Below, piece by piece: positions 19,518 through 30,007 of a stretch of 64,000 bases of DNA. The notes below the pieces were generated by a model, which saw only the letters and a program-made list of their open reading frames with translations, was not told where the DNA came from and did not search any database. The stretch comes from Escherichia phage 241Ecol014PP. Where the stretch lies: the sequence record OR062943.1, one strand, 5' to 3'. Made by a program: the position numbers and the translations under genes. Position 1 is the stretch's first letter. Each line of letters begins with the position of its first letter.

Positions 19518-20381
19518 TTAACCGTTTACCGAGGTTAGTGTGTTGATCTGATAAAGCAACGTCTGCATGCTGTCAAACACGTCTTTATCTGTCATTTGCA
19601 TTGCAACAGTCTCAGCATCTGGCAACCAATGTTCCTGGCAAAATTTAAGGTTCTTCTCATAAGTCGCCTCAGCATACTGTGCCAGATAATGATCAATATG
19701 GCTCATAGTCTGACCCCCATATTGAGCACTAGCTACTGCACTAGAGATTTGGCTAAGGATTGTTGTTGCAACCCCTATTGACTTCGGCTTGCTGACATGG
19801 GCGTTACCAATGTTGAATCCGTTTTCCAACATATCTGGATAATTTACCAAACAACAGTTTGTTAACGGACTGATTAAGTAGTCAAGATCATGCACATGGA
19901 TGAAGCCTTTATTGTGCTCTTCTGAAACACGGTCTGGCAGGATCTGTGTTGATGCAAGGTGTTTGCTAAGAATACCTGCAAGCAGGTCGCGATGAGTGTG
20001 TACATGATTAGTAGGCTTATTTGCGTTTTCTTTTGTAAATTCATCACAAGTTCGATCCAAGAAGCCACTAATATCTGCAAGCAGTTTTCCACCTGCCTCT
20101 CTGTTATTATCTCTTGTCTGTCTATACTGGATGTATTCTCTGGCTGCACATTTTAAACCCATATCCATAAGAGCATCTTCAACAAGGATATGGATATTTT
20201 TTACAGAGATCGTGCACTGGTCGGTTGGCAGATTGTTAGCAACAACTTCATTAACCGCACAAGCGATCCGGTAAGCTTCTTCTTCAGTATGCCCAGACTC
20301 AAGTAAGGCGGACTCTGCCGCCTTGATCACCTTAATTCCGTTATAGAACTCTTCTCTACCGTCCCGTTTTACAACTTTCAC
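19518..20381 (-). CDS. nrdD: anaerobic ribonucleoside-triphosphate reductase, N-terminal exon
   Basis: N-terminal ATP-cone-like start MKVVKRDGREE; 3' boundary approximate. Confidence 0.8.
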   Translation of the reverse strand: MKVVKRDGREEFYNGIKVIKAAESALLESGHTEEEAYRIACAVNEVVANNLPTDQCTISVKNIHILVEDALMDMGLKCAAREYIQYRQTRDNNREAGGKLLADISGFLDRTCDEFTKENANKPTNHVHTHRDLLAGILSKHLASTQILPDRVSEEHNKGFIHVHDLDYLISPLTNCCLVNYPDMLENGFNIGNAHVSKPKSIGVATTILSQISSAVASAQYGGQTMSHIDHYLAQYAEATYEKNLKFCQEHWLPDAETVAMQMTDKDVFDSMQTLLYQINTLTSVNG

Positions 20382-20656
20382 TTTTTCTCTCCAAAACCAT
20401 TCTTAACAAAAGAGATGAAATCGTCGGCACCGCCTATATGGACACTGTCAAGATCGCTTTCTAAGAAGATCTGCGGCAACGTTCGGGGGACGATTGGACT
20501 ACACTTCTCAATAAGCTCTTCTTTTGTGTAGCCCTCGCCAAGTGTCTTATATACAAAAGGCAGACCTTTGCTGATTGCAAATTCTTTTGCTCTGACACAA
20601 TGTGGGCAGTTATCCTTACCGTAAATGATGATGAAAAAAGATTTTTCGCAGCTCAT
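20378..20656 (-). CDS. glutaredoxin-like protein
   Basis: CPHC active site (YGKDNCPHCVRAKEF). Confidence 0.75.
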   Translation of the reverse strand: MSCEKSFFIIIYGKDNCPHCVRAKEFAISKGLPFVYKTLGEGYTKEELIEKCSPIVPRTLPQIFLESDLDSVHIGGADDFISFVKNGFGEKK

Positions 20657-20659
20657 ATA

Positions 20660-21808
20660 TTAAAACTCCCAAATTTCTTCTTCAGCGTCGTTAACAGTTG
20701 TGTTGACGCGGTAGTCAGTGTTCGACATTTCTTGGTTCGCCGTCTGTTGCAATGAAGGTTTCATCCACACCTGCATAAACGGTAGCGGGTCCTTTGTTGG
20801 CGGCACAAAGTCTTTGTCGATGTCGTAGTAATCATAAATCGGTGAGCAGTTATAGTCAACCCATTCTTTAAGCAACGGTGAGTTAAGACCTATAATCGCT
20901 CTTCCTTCGCTGAAAATATAGTCACTCCAACCGTACTCTTTGGTTCGTACTTCATCAAGAATCTCTTTTAACTCCCCTTTTATCTCCAGGAAGCTTTTCT
21001 CCCATGCGGGATCGTTAAGCAAGATATCAATGATGGCAAAATCACCTTTCGAATGTAGCATTTCGTCAAGCATGATTTTTTGAACAAGCTGCGCCACCTG
21101 AACAAAAATACCCTGTTCAGCTACTGCGAAAGTGCATGCAAAACTTGCAATAAACTCAATACTTTCTAGAGCTAAAAGTGCAAAAAGCGCTCTAAGAATG
21201 CATTTCCGCACAATATCTTCTTCAACACTAGAAGGATCCAGGCGGTATTTTGCACCAATAACCTCAAGCTCTTGCATGTATTTGACAATAACGCCGGATC
21301 TGCTCAGAACGTTTTGGTTTTCCTGAATCTCTTCTATAATCTCACGGGCATTGGGGAGGCATTGTCTAACAATCTCTGAGTAAGTTAGTGCGTGAAGAAC
21401 TTCAATCTCTGACTGTTTCATCAATAGAGTGAAAAGCTCACTATTAGTGATGAATGGTGAAAAGAGGCAGATGATCGATCTTGCCGCAACGCTATCAGCC
21501 TCCCATTGCCACATCAAGGTCTGCACCATCACGTCATAAGTTGACTTTGAGCATGTTACAAAATCTGAAATAGATTGCGACAAATCCACTTCATCCTCTG
21601 CCCAATCTTGCTCTTTTTGTTTTTTGTATAGTTCAAACAGTTGTGGATATTTTTTGTTGATAGAGTCGTACATACCCATTTGCTGTCCCAGAAACAGCGG
21701 ATAGTCACCAGTTTTATGAGCGGTGTTCTCAGCATTAAATACAGCCATTATTCTACCTCTAAAATGGGGCCGAAGCCCCTTTAAAATTATAGTGCACAGC
21801 TTTCGCAA
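20660..21808 (-). CDS. nrdB: ribonucleotide reductase class Ia beta subunit
   Basis: Length and position next to nrdA; ferritin-like helical blocks. Confidence 0.85.
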   Translation of the reverse strand: MRKLCTIILKGLRPHFRGRIMAVFNAENTAHKTGDYPLFLGQQMGMYDSINKKYPQLFELYKKQKEQDWAEDEVDLSQSISDFVTCSKSTYDVMVQTLMWQWEADSVAARSIICLFSPFITNSELFTLLMKQSEIEVLHALTYSEIVRQCLPNAREIIEEIQENQNVLSRSGVIVKYMQELEVIGAKYRLDPSSVEEDIVRKCILRALFALLALESIEFIASFACTFAVAEQGIFVQVAQLVQKIMLDEMLHSKGDFAIIDILLNDPAWEKSFLEIKGELKEILDEVRTKEYGWSDYIFSEGRAIIGLNSPLLKEWVDYNCSPIYDYYDIDKDFVPPTKDPLPFMQVWMKPSLQQTANQEMSNTDYRVNTTVNDAEEEIWEF

Positions 21809-24102
21809 TACGGATCTTCAACTGAACTATCTGCAATCAAAGGATAGTTCTTTCTGGTTTCATCTTCAGCCTGTTTCTTGGCATGAAGTTCCTCTGCCAA
21901 GGAGTCACCAGCACCAACCCTAGAGTTTAAATAATACCATGTCTTCATCCCGAATTTAGTGGCACGGATAAGGTACCCTAGCTGCTCCTTCATTGAAATT
22001 TTACCATCTTTCAACTTGGTGTAGTCTATGTATAAATCCGCGCTGATTGCCTGACCTGTGAATTTTTGAATCACAGCATACATATCGATCATGTCGTTAG
22101 TATCAACGTCCCAAGCCGAGGTGTAATACTCTTTCAACTCATCATAGTCAGGAACGATAAACAGCACCTGCCCTTGTGGCGATTTTTTAAAGATAATGTG
22201 TTCACGGACAGGATAAACCCCGTTAGTGGTGTTTGTTGCCAGCGAAGAGCTTTCATTAGGCATATATGCTTCAAGAACGCTATTACGTAGCCCACCATTT
22301 TCAATGATTTCTTTACGTAACCCTTCCCAATCCTGTTTAAGAGAAGGATCTTTCACCACGCTATCGACCTCTTTGTTATAGGTGTCGATTGGTAACCAAC
22401 CTTCTGGATATTTTGTCTTATGCATCCACTCGCAGACACCACGCTCTTTTGCCAACCGTAAACTTGCCTTATGCAAGCTGTAGCTGTGAAGTTCTGCAAG
22501 ATCGTGAACAAGCTGTTTACTTTCAGGAGATCCGTAAGTAACCTTGTGGCTGGCAATAAAATGTGCAACATTGGTAAGGCCAACCCCGATGGATCTGCGT
22601 TTTTTAACAGTACTCTCCATATTTTCATACGGATATGTCATGATCTCCATAACATTGTCAATCATAAGCACCGTGTAGTATGCAACATCCTCATACTCCT
22701 CTGGGGTAACCCTTCCAGCTACAAGAGATGACAGGAAGCACAATGCAACCTCACCATCATCAACATCGTACTTGAAGATATTACGCATATCTGAATAGCC
22801 TTTTGTCGGGAGGGCTATTTCTGCACACAGGTTGCTTGAATAGATCACATCTTTAAAAGGTGTATGTCTATTCATCTCATCTGTCCAGTATACGTACAGC
22901 CTTCCCACCTCAGTACGCTGCGTGATCAGCTCAACAGCAAGATCTCTAGCCCGGATCCATGTTTTAGGAATACTGTCATCTTTAGCGATACGATCAACCT
23001 CTGCATCAAACTCCTCCATAGACATGGTGAAGATGCCCTCATGCAGTTGAGGCGCGTGCTTATAAGAAACAAGCATCCAATCTAAATTCTTAGCCACACG
23101 GTTGATAAACGACCTATTAATACCGATGGAGTAGTCCATGGTGTTGATTCTTTTTGAAGCAACAGTCATAGGGTTTCTCAAGCGGATTAGCTCATCAATC
23201 TGCGGGTCTAGTGCAAGGAATGATACTGTTGCAGAACCGCCACGTGATTGTTGTCTGTTCTCCTTAACCCCAGCGTCAATACCTCGATAATATGGAATCT
23301 TACCCATATGTTTAATAGTGTTACCACGAACACCATCGCCTGCAGATCTTGATGATAAATAGTAGCCGATACCTGCTTGGTTAACCGTCATTGTGTACGC
23401 AACTTCACGTGCCACACCAATAGATTTTGCTGTATCGTCAGCTTTTATTACACAACAAGATGCATACCCTGTCTTACCTGTGCGCAGCCCGTTTAAGTAC
23501 GGTGTCGGGGCATTGATCTTTAAGTCGGACAGATAAGTGTATAATTTTACAACATCGTTGATACGACGTTCTTTCGGCATATTCTTCATGACAGCCATTG
23601 CTATCCCCATAAACATCATCTGGGGAGATTCAAACAAGGTGTCTTTAAGAGTATCCTTGATCCCGTATTTGTCGCGAAACTGTTTAAGGACTGCATAACC
23701 ATAACCGAGATCTTTACTGTGGTCAATAACAGCGCCTAAAGTGTTTAGCTCGGTAAAGCTATAACCCATATCCTCCCAATACCCTTTCTCAACCATGTCA
23801 TTGTAAAATGATGGTAAGGAAGGGATCTTTGTAAACCCTCCAAAAGCCTCTTTATAAATCTGACCAATAAGAACACGACCAGCCATACGGGAATGTGCTT
23901 CGTCTTTACGGCTAACACAGGAGTCTATGATAGCTTGGTTAACTTCTTTGGTTGTACATCCATCATACAGTCGTTTGTATGCATCCAGTGCAATGTGTGA
24001 CCAATTGCCGTTACCGTCGTCACCGAAAATAGCTGCCTTATTTAAACGTTCTGGATCGAATGCCACTTCACATCCGTTGCTTTTAATTACCTTGGTGATC
24101 AA
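21787..24102 (-). CDS. nrdA: ribonucleotide reductase class Ia alpha subunit
   Basis: 771 aa; NLCAEIALPT active-site block; C-terminal Cys pair. Confidence 0.9.
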   Translation of the reverse strand: MITKVIKSNGCEVAFDPERLNKAAIFGDDGNGNWSHIALDAYKRLYDGCTTKEVNQAIIDSCVSRKDEAHSRMAGRVLIGQIYKEAFGGFTKIPSLPSFYNDMVEKGYWEDMGYSFTELNTLGAVIDHSKDLGYGYAVLKQFRDKYGIKDTLKDTLFESPQMMFMGIAMAVMKNMPKERRINDVVKLYTYLSDLKINAPTPYLNGLRTGKTGYASCCVIKADDTAKSIGVAREVAYTMTVNQAGIGYYLSSRSAGDGVRGNTIKHMGKIPYYRGIDAGVKENRQQSRGGSATVSFLALDPQIDELIRLRNPMTVASKRINTMDYSIGINRSFINRVAKNLDWMLVSYKHAPQLHEGIFTMSMEEFDAEVDRIAKDDSIPKTWIRARDLAVELITQRTEVGRLYVYWTDEMNRHTPFKDVIYSSNLCAEIALPTKGYSDMRNIFKYDVDDGEVALCFLSSLVAGRVTPEEYEDVAYYTVLMIDNVMEIMTYPYENMESTVKKRRSIGVGLTNVAHFIASHKVTYGSPESKQLVHDLAELHSYSLHKASLRLAKERGVCEWMHKTKYPEGWLPIDTYNKEVDSVVKDPSLKQDWEGLRKEIIENGGLRNSVLEAYMPNESSSLATNTTNGVYPVREHIIFKKSPQGQVLFIVPDYDELKEYYTSAWDVDTNDMIDMYAVIQKFTGQAISADLYIDYTKLKDGKISMKEQLGYLIRATKFGMKTWYYLNSRVGAGDSLAEELHAKKQAEDETRKNYPLIADSSVEDPYCESCAL

Positions 24103-24407
24103 TTTGCTTCCTCCACTTCATTAACGTATTTATCAAGGCAGGTATCAGTATCTTGCTGGATAAAAGTATCCTCTTCTACAGAGATATTTATAATTTTACC
24201 TGTATACTCGTCATAATAGACATCATCATACATTTTAATATCGTTTGTCAGGCCATTGAACCAAAGCCAACCAACATACTCTGCCCGACTTGCAAAACCA
24301 AGATCCTTCCACTTGGAGCTATGACTCATCTTCACCACCTTAGCTTTCAATACCGAATAATTTTTCCAGGCGATGCAGATCTTCAAAATTGAAAGGTTCA
24401 TCAACAA
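24099..24407 (-). CDS. hypothetical protein
   Basis: ORF track. Confidence 0.4.
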   Translation of the reverse strand: MLMNLSILKICIAWKNYSVLKAKVVKMSHSSKWKDLGFASRAEYVGWLWFNGLTNDIKMYDDVYYDEYTGKIINISVEEDTFIQQDTDTCLDKYVNEVEEAN

Positions 24408-24840
24408 TATGAATATCTTCAGCCTTTTCAGATTGTTTTGTATACTTTCTCACATTAACACGATCCTCTACTGGGATATCATACGGAAGATCTTGAACAA
24501 GCATTGCCTCACCGGGTGCTTTATCTACATCTAAAATATCTACACCGTTATACATTTGCGGGTATCTAAAGTCTGCACGCATGACACCAGCAAATACATC
24601 TGCCTTGCGATAATGTGTTGGCTTATTTTTGCATCGAACGTTTTTTCCACGAAGAACATCAATACTTTTTAAATCAAACCCTACGGCAAAGAGTGCAGCT
24701 CGGAGACCGTTTCGTGTGCGAACGTTAAACCCGGGAACGGTAGAGAGGAAATCCAAAGTAACTGAAATAAATGTCTTTTTAGGAATCATAACATTACTCA
24801 TATCTGTCTCCATTTCTGGCTCACTAACAAAGTGAGCCAT
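24340..24840 (-). CDS. hypothetical protein
   Basis: ORF track; start may be downstream of first Met. Confidence 0.45.
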   Translation of the reverse strand: MAHFVSEPEMETDMSNVMIPKKTFISVTLDFLSTVPGFNVRTRNGLRAALFAVGFDLKSIDVLRGKNVRCKNKPTHYRKADVFAGVMRADFRYPQMYNGVDILDVDKAPGEAMLVQDLPYDIPVEDRVNVRKYTKQSEKAEDIHIVDEPFNFEDLHRLEKLFGIES

Positions 24841-24841
24841 T

Positions 24842-24870
24842 ATTATAGATTATCTAATACTATTAGTCAA
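24842..24870 (-). promoter_or_regulatory. sigma70-like promoter (minus strand): TTGACT-17-TATAAT
   Basis: Reverse complement reads TTGACTaatagtattagataatcTATAAT. Confidence 0.45.
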
Positions 24871-24899
24871 CACAAAAATTACCTATCGCTGTGATAGGA

Positions 24900-25883
24900 T
24901 TAACCTTTCACGAAGTGGTTATTAAGCAGTTGTCTGTGCTGAACCCACCCACAAAAGTTGGCAGACCAGAATTTACCATCACGATCTTGATGGGTTACAC
25001 CTTCCTGCCAAGTACTGATGTCTTGTGTGATTTCACATGAAGACAGGTAGTAGTTTAAACGTTCCATTGCGTTATCGTGATCCATAGGTGTCGCCTGGTG
25101 CTCGTAAGGGCTTGCATGAATACGATCCCCACCAATCAATTTTTTAGCCACACTGTCTGCCTTTTCAAACGTGCTGTCAATATTTCGATAAGATACTTGT
25201 GCACAGCAACTAGCACTGATAGACAGAGCTTCTTTAGTATCGAGAATGCAGAGCTTTCCTTCTGTGTCACGTACAGCGTAGTTAAACTCTCCGTCCAAAT
25301 AAACGTGCTCTACATATGGGGTGTGCCATTGACCCGGTTTAAGGATCTCAGGTGTGCTATTCACAAGAGCTTCCCACATGCAATTAGCCAACATCTGAAT
25401 CGTAGGATCCGCATCGTGCCAGCAACGGAGGTGGAAAAAATTATTCCACTCGGTGCTTGTTACAACTGTTTTCATGCGTTGAAAAGGCTCCACTAAGCGG
25501 TTACATACTTGCTTATGGTAACCAGCAAGGGCGAACTTCTCTGCATGCCAAGCGGCGTTTTTTGCAGCTTCTTTCCAAAATTCTTCAGGAGTTAACTCCA
25601 TGTCAGTGTACTCTACACGGATCTTTTGATCGTGTTCTCCACCATCTTCCATCCCTCGCTTATTTGCACCGAAGCGAACTGGCATTGCCGGATTCTCCAC
25701 AATCTGTTGCAGCATCTTGCCGACAGGAACTGCACGGGAAGACATGGCGTTTCGGCTGAATACTCGATGCGTCATAAGCTCTGAGTGAATAATTCGAGGA
25801 TACTCTAGCTCAAAAGTGGTGATTCGCTTACCTTTCTCGGAAATGCTGTCAGCAATGATCTTTGCAGTGCACAGTTTTAGCAT
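24900..25883 (-). CDS. thyX: flavin-dependent thymidylate synthase
   Basis: ThyX-type signature HR-x7-S-x-R (THRVFSRNAMSSRA). Confidence 0.8.
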   Translation of the reverse strand: MLKLCTAKIIADSISEKGKRITTFELEYPRIIHSELMTHRVFSRNAMSSRAVPVGKMLQQIVENPAMPVRFGANKRGMEDGGEHDQKIRVEYTDMELTPEEFWKEAAKNAAWHAEKFALAGYHKQVCNRLVEPFQRMKTVVTSTEWNNFFHLRCWHDADPTIQMLANCMWEALVNSTPEILKPGQWHTPYVEHVYLDGEFNYAVRDTEGKLCILDTKEALSISASCCAQVSYRNIDSTFEKADSVAKKLIGGDRIHASPYEHQATPMDHDNAMERLNYYLSSCEITQDISTWQEGVTHQDRDGKFWSANFCGWVQHRQLLNNHFVKG

Positions 25884-26083
25884 TATTTAGCTCTCCTTGT
25901 TTTAATTTTGGAAATTTCGTCTGGGTTTATGTTGGCCTTAAATGCAAGGTATCTGTTGAACATATCGGAGCACATGTCTTGGGTGATCCTGGAGGCATAC
26001 ACCAGCTTACCTCCCAGATCATACACCTCTAGCCAGTCACCGTATCTGACTACAGGATCGCCACCTTTAGAACATCTGCCCAT
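25883..26083 (-). CDS. hypothetical small protein
   Basis: ORF track. Confidence 0.4.
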   Translation of the reverse strand: MGRCSKGGDPVVRYGDWLEVYDLGGKLVYASRITQDMCSDMFNRYLAFKANINPDEISKIKTRRAK

Positions 26084-26084
26084 T

Positions 26085-26678
26085 TCAAATACCTTCTAAA
26101 AACTTTCCTATTTTATACCAGCTATTAGCGGTATAGTCAACACTGACCTTTAACTCCTCAAATTGCTCATAAGGAGTATCTTTTAGGATTTTAATAACTT
26201 CAGGTCGTGAAGCGAATTGGTTCAGGTATTCATGCCTGTCGTCAATTATAACATCTACAGCCACATTTCCTTTGAAATGTGTGGCGTAGAAGCCGTGACC
26301 CTGGGTGTGATCGTCCAGATCCATAAAATCACTGGTCCAACGCTTTAAGAACCTTGATTTAGATGCAAGGTGACCTTTCTTGCATACTGAGATAAATGCA
26401 AGCTTGTGACCGCGAGCCACCAAATCTTTCATAACCTCAATAGCCCCCTCTTCAGGCTTAAGAAAGTCGTAGAGGAACGGGTCACTCCAGAAATCAAAAG
26501 GCCCTATGATGTTTTCTTTGGGGCGATCAGGCCAATACTTTGACAGATCGTAATACATTAACCCATTAGAAGGTTTAGTGACTGTCTTACTGGCTGGACC
26601 ATACAAACGCTCCAACCACTCCCACCATGCTGTTCCTGAATCTACCAGTGTCAAATCTACATCAATTCCGATTAACAT
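26085..26678 (-). CDS. HAD-family 5'(3')-deoxyribonucleotidase-like hydrolase
   Basis: DxDxT-type motif GIDVDLTLVD and downstream VIIDD. Confidence 0.55.
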   Translation of the reverse strand: MLIGIDVDLTLVDSGTAWWEWLERLYGPASKTVTKPSNGLMYYDLSKYWPDRPKENIIGPFDFWSDPFLYDFLKPEEGAIEVMKDLVARGHKLAFISVCKKGHLASKSRFLKRWTSDFMDLDDHTQGHGFYATHFKGNVAVDVIIDDRHEYLNQFASRPEVIKILKDTPYEQFEELKVSVDYTANSWYKIGKFLEGI

Positions 26679-27289
26679 TCTTCTTGGGCCTCTTTAGCAT
26701 CAATATACTTGCACACAATCTCCGATGCACACTCCCAAGGTGCACCTTCAGGGTTTACAACATCAAACTCAACCCCTTTTATTCCGTTCTTTTCCAGACT
26801 TAGATAGGTTCTGGAATCATTTCCCCAGTCATATCCGACACGGTGAATACGGAACAACAACAGATCTCCACCTGTGCTGTATGCGTACTCACTAAGGCAT
26901 GCCAGCTCCTCTTTGAATCCACCATCGGAGTAAACAACAACCCCTTTACCTTTAGGGAAATCTTTCTTCAAGGATGTGACTGCGGCCTTACCGAAAGCAT
27001 CTTCACCAAAGATAGGTTTAATCAGATTTTCACTACAATGGATCATCCATTCTCGCGGAGAAACATGCTTGCCGTCTATCATTAAGAAAGGGCAAGGCCC
27101 TTCTTTGTAGTGGCGGTCATAAAGTGCATTCCAGAGTTGAGGAGTTACACCAGCTGCCTTAATTGCCACACTGAAGAGCATCTCCTTAACCTCACGGTGG
27201 TGTGAGTTGGGAATAGCTTCCAACAAGAGATCTGCAATGTGATCCTTACCACTGCTAGGTGGGGCGTTAAGAACAATAATATCCATCAA
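26672..27289 (-). CDS. P-loop kinase, deoxynucleoside monophosphate kinase-like
   Basis: LNAPPSSGKDH resembles recalled T4 dNMP kinase P-loop. Confidence 0.45.
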   Translation of the reverse strand: MMDIIVLNAPPSSGKDHIADLLLEAIPNSHHREVKEMLFSVAIKAAGVTPQLWNALYDRHYKEGPCPFLMIDGKHVSPREWMIHCSENLIKPIFGEDAFGKAAVTSLKKDFPKGKGVVVYSDGGFKEELACLSEYAYSTGGDLLLFRIHRVGYDWGNDSRTYLSLEKNGIKGVEFDVVNPEGAPWECASEIVCKYIDAKEAQEEC

Positions 27290-27489
27290 AAACCTCCGTG
27301 GTATTCTTCAACTGCATCAATAATACTTTTACACTTATCTACCAGCTCGTTAGCCACTACAGCATCGTCTTCCCAAACAGCTTCCTCAATCTGATCAAGC
27401 AATGATCGCATCTTACCCATCATTTCTGGGATAAAGTTTTCTGAAAAGCTGTCTGGAATTGTTAACTTTAGTGTCATTGTGACCCCCAA
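27286..27489 (-). CDS. hypothetical small protein
   Basis: ORF track. Confidence 0.4.
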   Translation of the reverse strand: MGVTMTLKLTIPDSFSENFIPEMMGKMRSLLDQIEEAVWEDDAVVANELVDKCKSIIDAVEEYHGGF

Positions 27490-27504
27490 TCATACTATGC
27501 GTTA

Positions 27505-27963
27505 TTAGAAGTTTGTTTTTACACGTCCCTTTTCATCAACCTCGTTGTTGGCTAGAAGCGTTACAAAGTCTGTGAAACGGACATGAAGAACTCTTTTCTT
27601 ATCAAGGTATCCTAAAGCCACCCCTGAGAAATTTAGCATCAAAGGGGCTAAAGAAGCTCTGGCACTGAAATGCTGTTGCTCTACCCTTCCAACACCCTTA
27701 GTGTAGGATGGGTTAAGATTGTAAGTTCTGAATCCCAGTTTTGTTGGAGCTTTAGAATTAAAAACAACTTTATAGCGTTTCTTACTCAACTTATGCTCCA
27801 GGATAAGCATTCCCTTATCACCCTTGATGAGTTGAAAATCTGTAAAGTGCTCTTTTAAGACAAAAGGTAGTGCCAGCCCCATCGCCTGCCCCCTTTGTAC
27901 CGCTGTCTCACCAAAAGCTTTTGCATCAGCAAGTTCTTTGGTCAAGTCTACGCTTTTGATCAT
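27505..27963 (-). CDS. hypothetical protein
   Basis: ORF track. Confidence 0.45.
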   Translation of the reverse strand: MIKSVDLTKELADAKAFGETAVQRGQAMGLALPFVLKEHFTDFQLIKGDKGMLILEHKLSKKRYKVVFNSKAPTKLGFRTYNLNPSYTKGVGRVEQQHFSARASLAPLMLNFSGVALGYLDKKRVLHVRFTDFVTLLANNEVDEKGRVKTNF

Positions 27964-28774
27964 AACTAGTCTCCAAAATATATTGTAGTTCTTTCTTACC
28001 TATACTCTTCATTCCAGCAGTCTTACCTGCTTCTTCTTGAAAAGAAGAATAGCATTCAGCAAACACTCTGTCAACACCGTCAACTAAAGATTTTATGAAA
28101 TATGTCGATTCTTCAGATTTTGGGTCATCATCACCCAATACTTTTCCAGCATTATACCCAACACGTCTTACACAGAAGTCGTAGTCATCTGGAGTGCTAA
28201 AAGAAAATAACTTATTCTCCCCAATCTCTACAGGATCCCTATTGCACTCCTTTTTCTCCCAAATTTGGAAAACACATGGCACGTCATAAGGTTTGCCATT
28301 AAGTAGAAACGAGTTCTTAGGGCACCTTTCACTGTAGACAAGGTGCATCGACATGTCCAGTTTGTTTGCAAAAAATATTTTTTCAAATGTCCGTGGCAAG
28401 ATGAAGGCTATAGCCCCTCCAAGCTCTAGCAATGATGCACAATGGTTAAAGAATTTGCAAGCTAAAGATGAATTCTTGCCAAATGGTGGGTTACCTATGA
28501 AGACATCTGCCTTGGGATACACCTCCAAGAAGTTTGCCTGAATGCACGGTGTTGGTCCTTCAAATTCAGGATCTGGTACTAAATCGTACGACAGTATCTC
28601 TGAAAATAGTTTTGAAAAAGAACCCCTTCCAGCAGAAGGCTCAACGTATGCACAATTTCCATACTTATCTTTTACTTTACCAACAAGATATTCTGCATAC
28701 TCAGGGTTTGTGTAATATTTGTCGTTGGACTCTTTCTTGCTCAAAGTGCCTCCAAAAGGAAAAGGGAGGCGCAA
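27926..28774 (-). CDS. DNA N6-adenine methyltransferase (second copy, different family)
   Basis: Motif IV FIGNPPFG. Confidence 0.7.
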   Translation of the reverse strand: MRLPFPFGGTLSKKESNDKYYTNPEYAEYLVGKVKDKYGNCAYVEPSAGRGSFSKLFSEILSYDLVPDPEFEGPTPCIQANFLEVYPKADVFIGNPPFGKNSSLACKFFNHCASLLELGGAIAFILPRTFEKIFFANKLDMSMHLVYSERCPKNSFLLNGKPYDVPCVFQIWEKKECNRDPVEIGENKLFSFSTPDDYDFCVRRVGYNAGKVLGDDDPKSEESTYFIKSLVDGVDRVFAECYSSFQEEAGKTAGMKSIGKKELQYILETSYDQKRRLDQRTC

Positions 28775-28789
28775 GCCTCCCTATAATTG

Positions 28790-29779
28790 TTAGATTATCT
28801 GAATCAGGGTGTTTTTCATTTCTTCTCTGGTACGGATGTTGTTACGATCACGAACAACAGATCCACAACCTTCGCAGCGGTATGTTTTAAATGCACTCAA
28901 TTGAGTATACGATAAAGCTTCTTCCTCGTGAAGGTGTTCTCCACCACAGCGTGGGCAACGAACTTTTGGCTCCTCGTCCTGGTAGTACAATGACATGTTG
29001 GGGTGCTGCTTAGCAAACGGGCGAGCCAGCAAATACAGGCCTTCCAGAGATAGGATATCACCAACATTGTACTCCCGCATCTGTTTAAACGCCTCAAGAT
29101 CACCGTGAACACACTTGATCCACATTTCAAATGTGTGGTCAATCAGTTTCTGTCTGGCAAGTTGGAAGTATTTGCATGCATACTCCAAAGTGTTTGCATT
29201 CAAACGGAATGCCTTCTTGATCATTTTAAGGGTGTCAACCTCTTTGTATGGGCTTGTTGGCGGCAACCCGTGAAATGCAAATCGTTGGTTGGCCCACCCA
29301 CAGTCAAAACCTGAATTGTGGGCTACTGCGACATCACATTTATCCAGATAATACCACAAGTCCTGAATCAATTCGAGGTCATTGTGAATATCCTCATCCC
29401 ACATTTTGTAATCGGGAAGAGCGCAGTCAACCACACTAGGACTGTCTAACCACTTACCTGCGAAAGTTAGCATATAGGGCATAATTTCAATACCGCAGGT
29501 TTGAATGTTGGTCTTATAGTGCCCAAAGAACCAGCCGTTTGTTGGTGATGTCTCTGTATCATACACCCAAACTTTAGCACCTTTGTGTTCTTCAAGGAAG
29601 CGCTCCGTTGCCTCCCCTACAATCTCTGACATATTCTCTTGTGCACGTTTAAGCTGTAGTCGGATCCAGCTCTCACGTGACTCACGGCCTAAAAATTCAC
29701 GGGCAATTTGTCTATTAGTGTATCCCTGTTGCTTTAGTGTTAAAATTTGCTCAAGAGTTAACTTTGTCATCATCGTCAA
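28790..29779 (-). CDS. DEDD-type 3'-5' exonuclease with N-terminal HTH and C-terminal zinc finger
   Basis: VWVYDTETSP and VAVAHNSGFDCGW exo motifs; CPRCGG...CEGCG. Confidence 0.6.
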   Translation of the reverse strand: MTMMTKLTLEQILTLKQQGYTNRQIAREFLGRESRESWIRLQLKRAQENMSEIVGEATERFLEEHKGAKVWVYDTETSPTNGWFFGHYKTNIQTCGIEIMPYMLTFAGKWLDSPSVVDCALPDYKMWDEDIHNDLELIQDLWYYLDKCDVAVAHNSGFDCGWANQRFAFHGLPPTSPYKEVDTLKMIKKAFRLNANTLEYACKYFQLARQKLIDHTFEMWIKCVHGDLEAFKQMREYNVGDILSLEGLYLLARPFAKQHPNMSLYYQDEEPKVRCPRCGGEHLHEEEALSYTQLSAFKTYRCEGCGSVVRDRNNIRTREEMKNTLIQII

Positions 29780-29785
29780 GATTCC

Positions 29786-30007
29786 TTAGTAAAACTGAAG
29801 AATGTCTTTTAAAGCGAAGTCACGATATTCGCCCTTGTCTACATCAAAGGCACGCATCAACCACTGCTCTTCTTTATGATACTCTGTAGAGCCAAACCAT
29901 AAATTAGGCTCAGTAACGCAGCGATCTGCAACAACACCTTTCCAGTTACGGTATTTCATCCTGATCAGAACTGAATCGCAAGGATTGAATACCTTTTTCA
30001 TCCCCAT
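29786..30007 (-). CDS. hypothetical small protein
   Basis: ORF track. Confidence 0.4.
   Translation of the reverse strand: MGMKKVFNPCDSVLIRMKYRNWKGVVADRCVTEPNLWFGSTEYHKEEQWLMRAFDVDKGEYRDFALKDILQFY

Noticed and set aside
27505-27963. dUTPase or dCMP deaminase assignment for the 152-aa ORF
   Set aside because: Neither dUTPase motifs nor the deaminase HAE/PCxxC zinc-binding signature could be found in the translation
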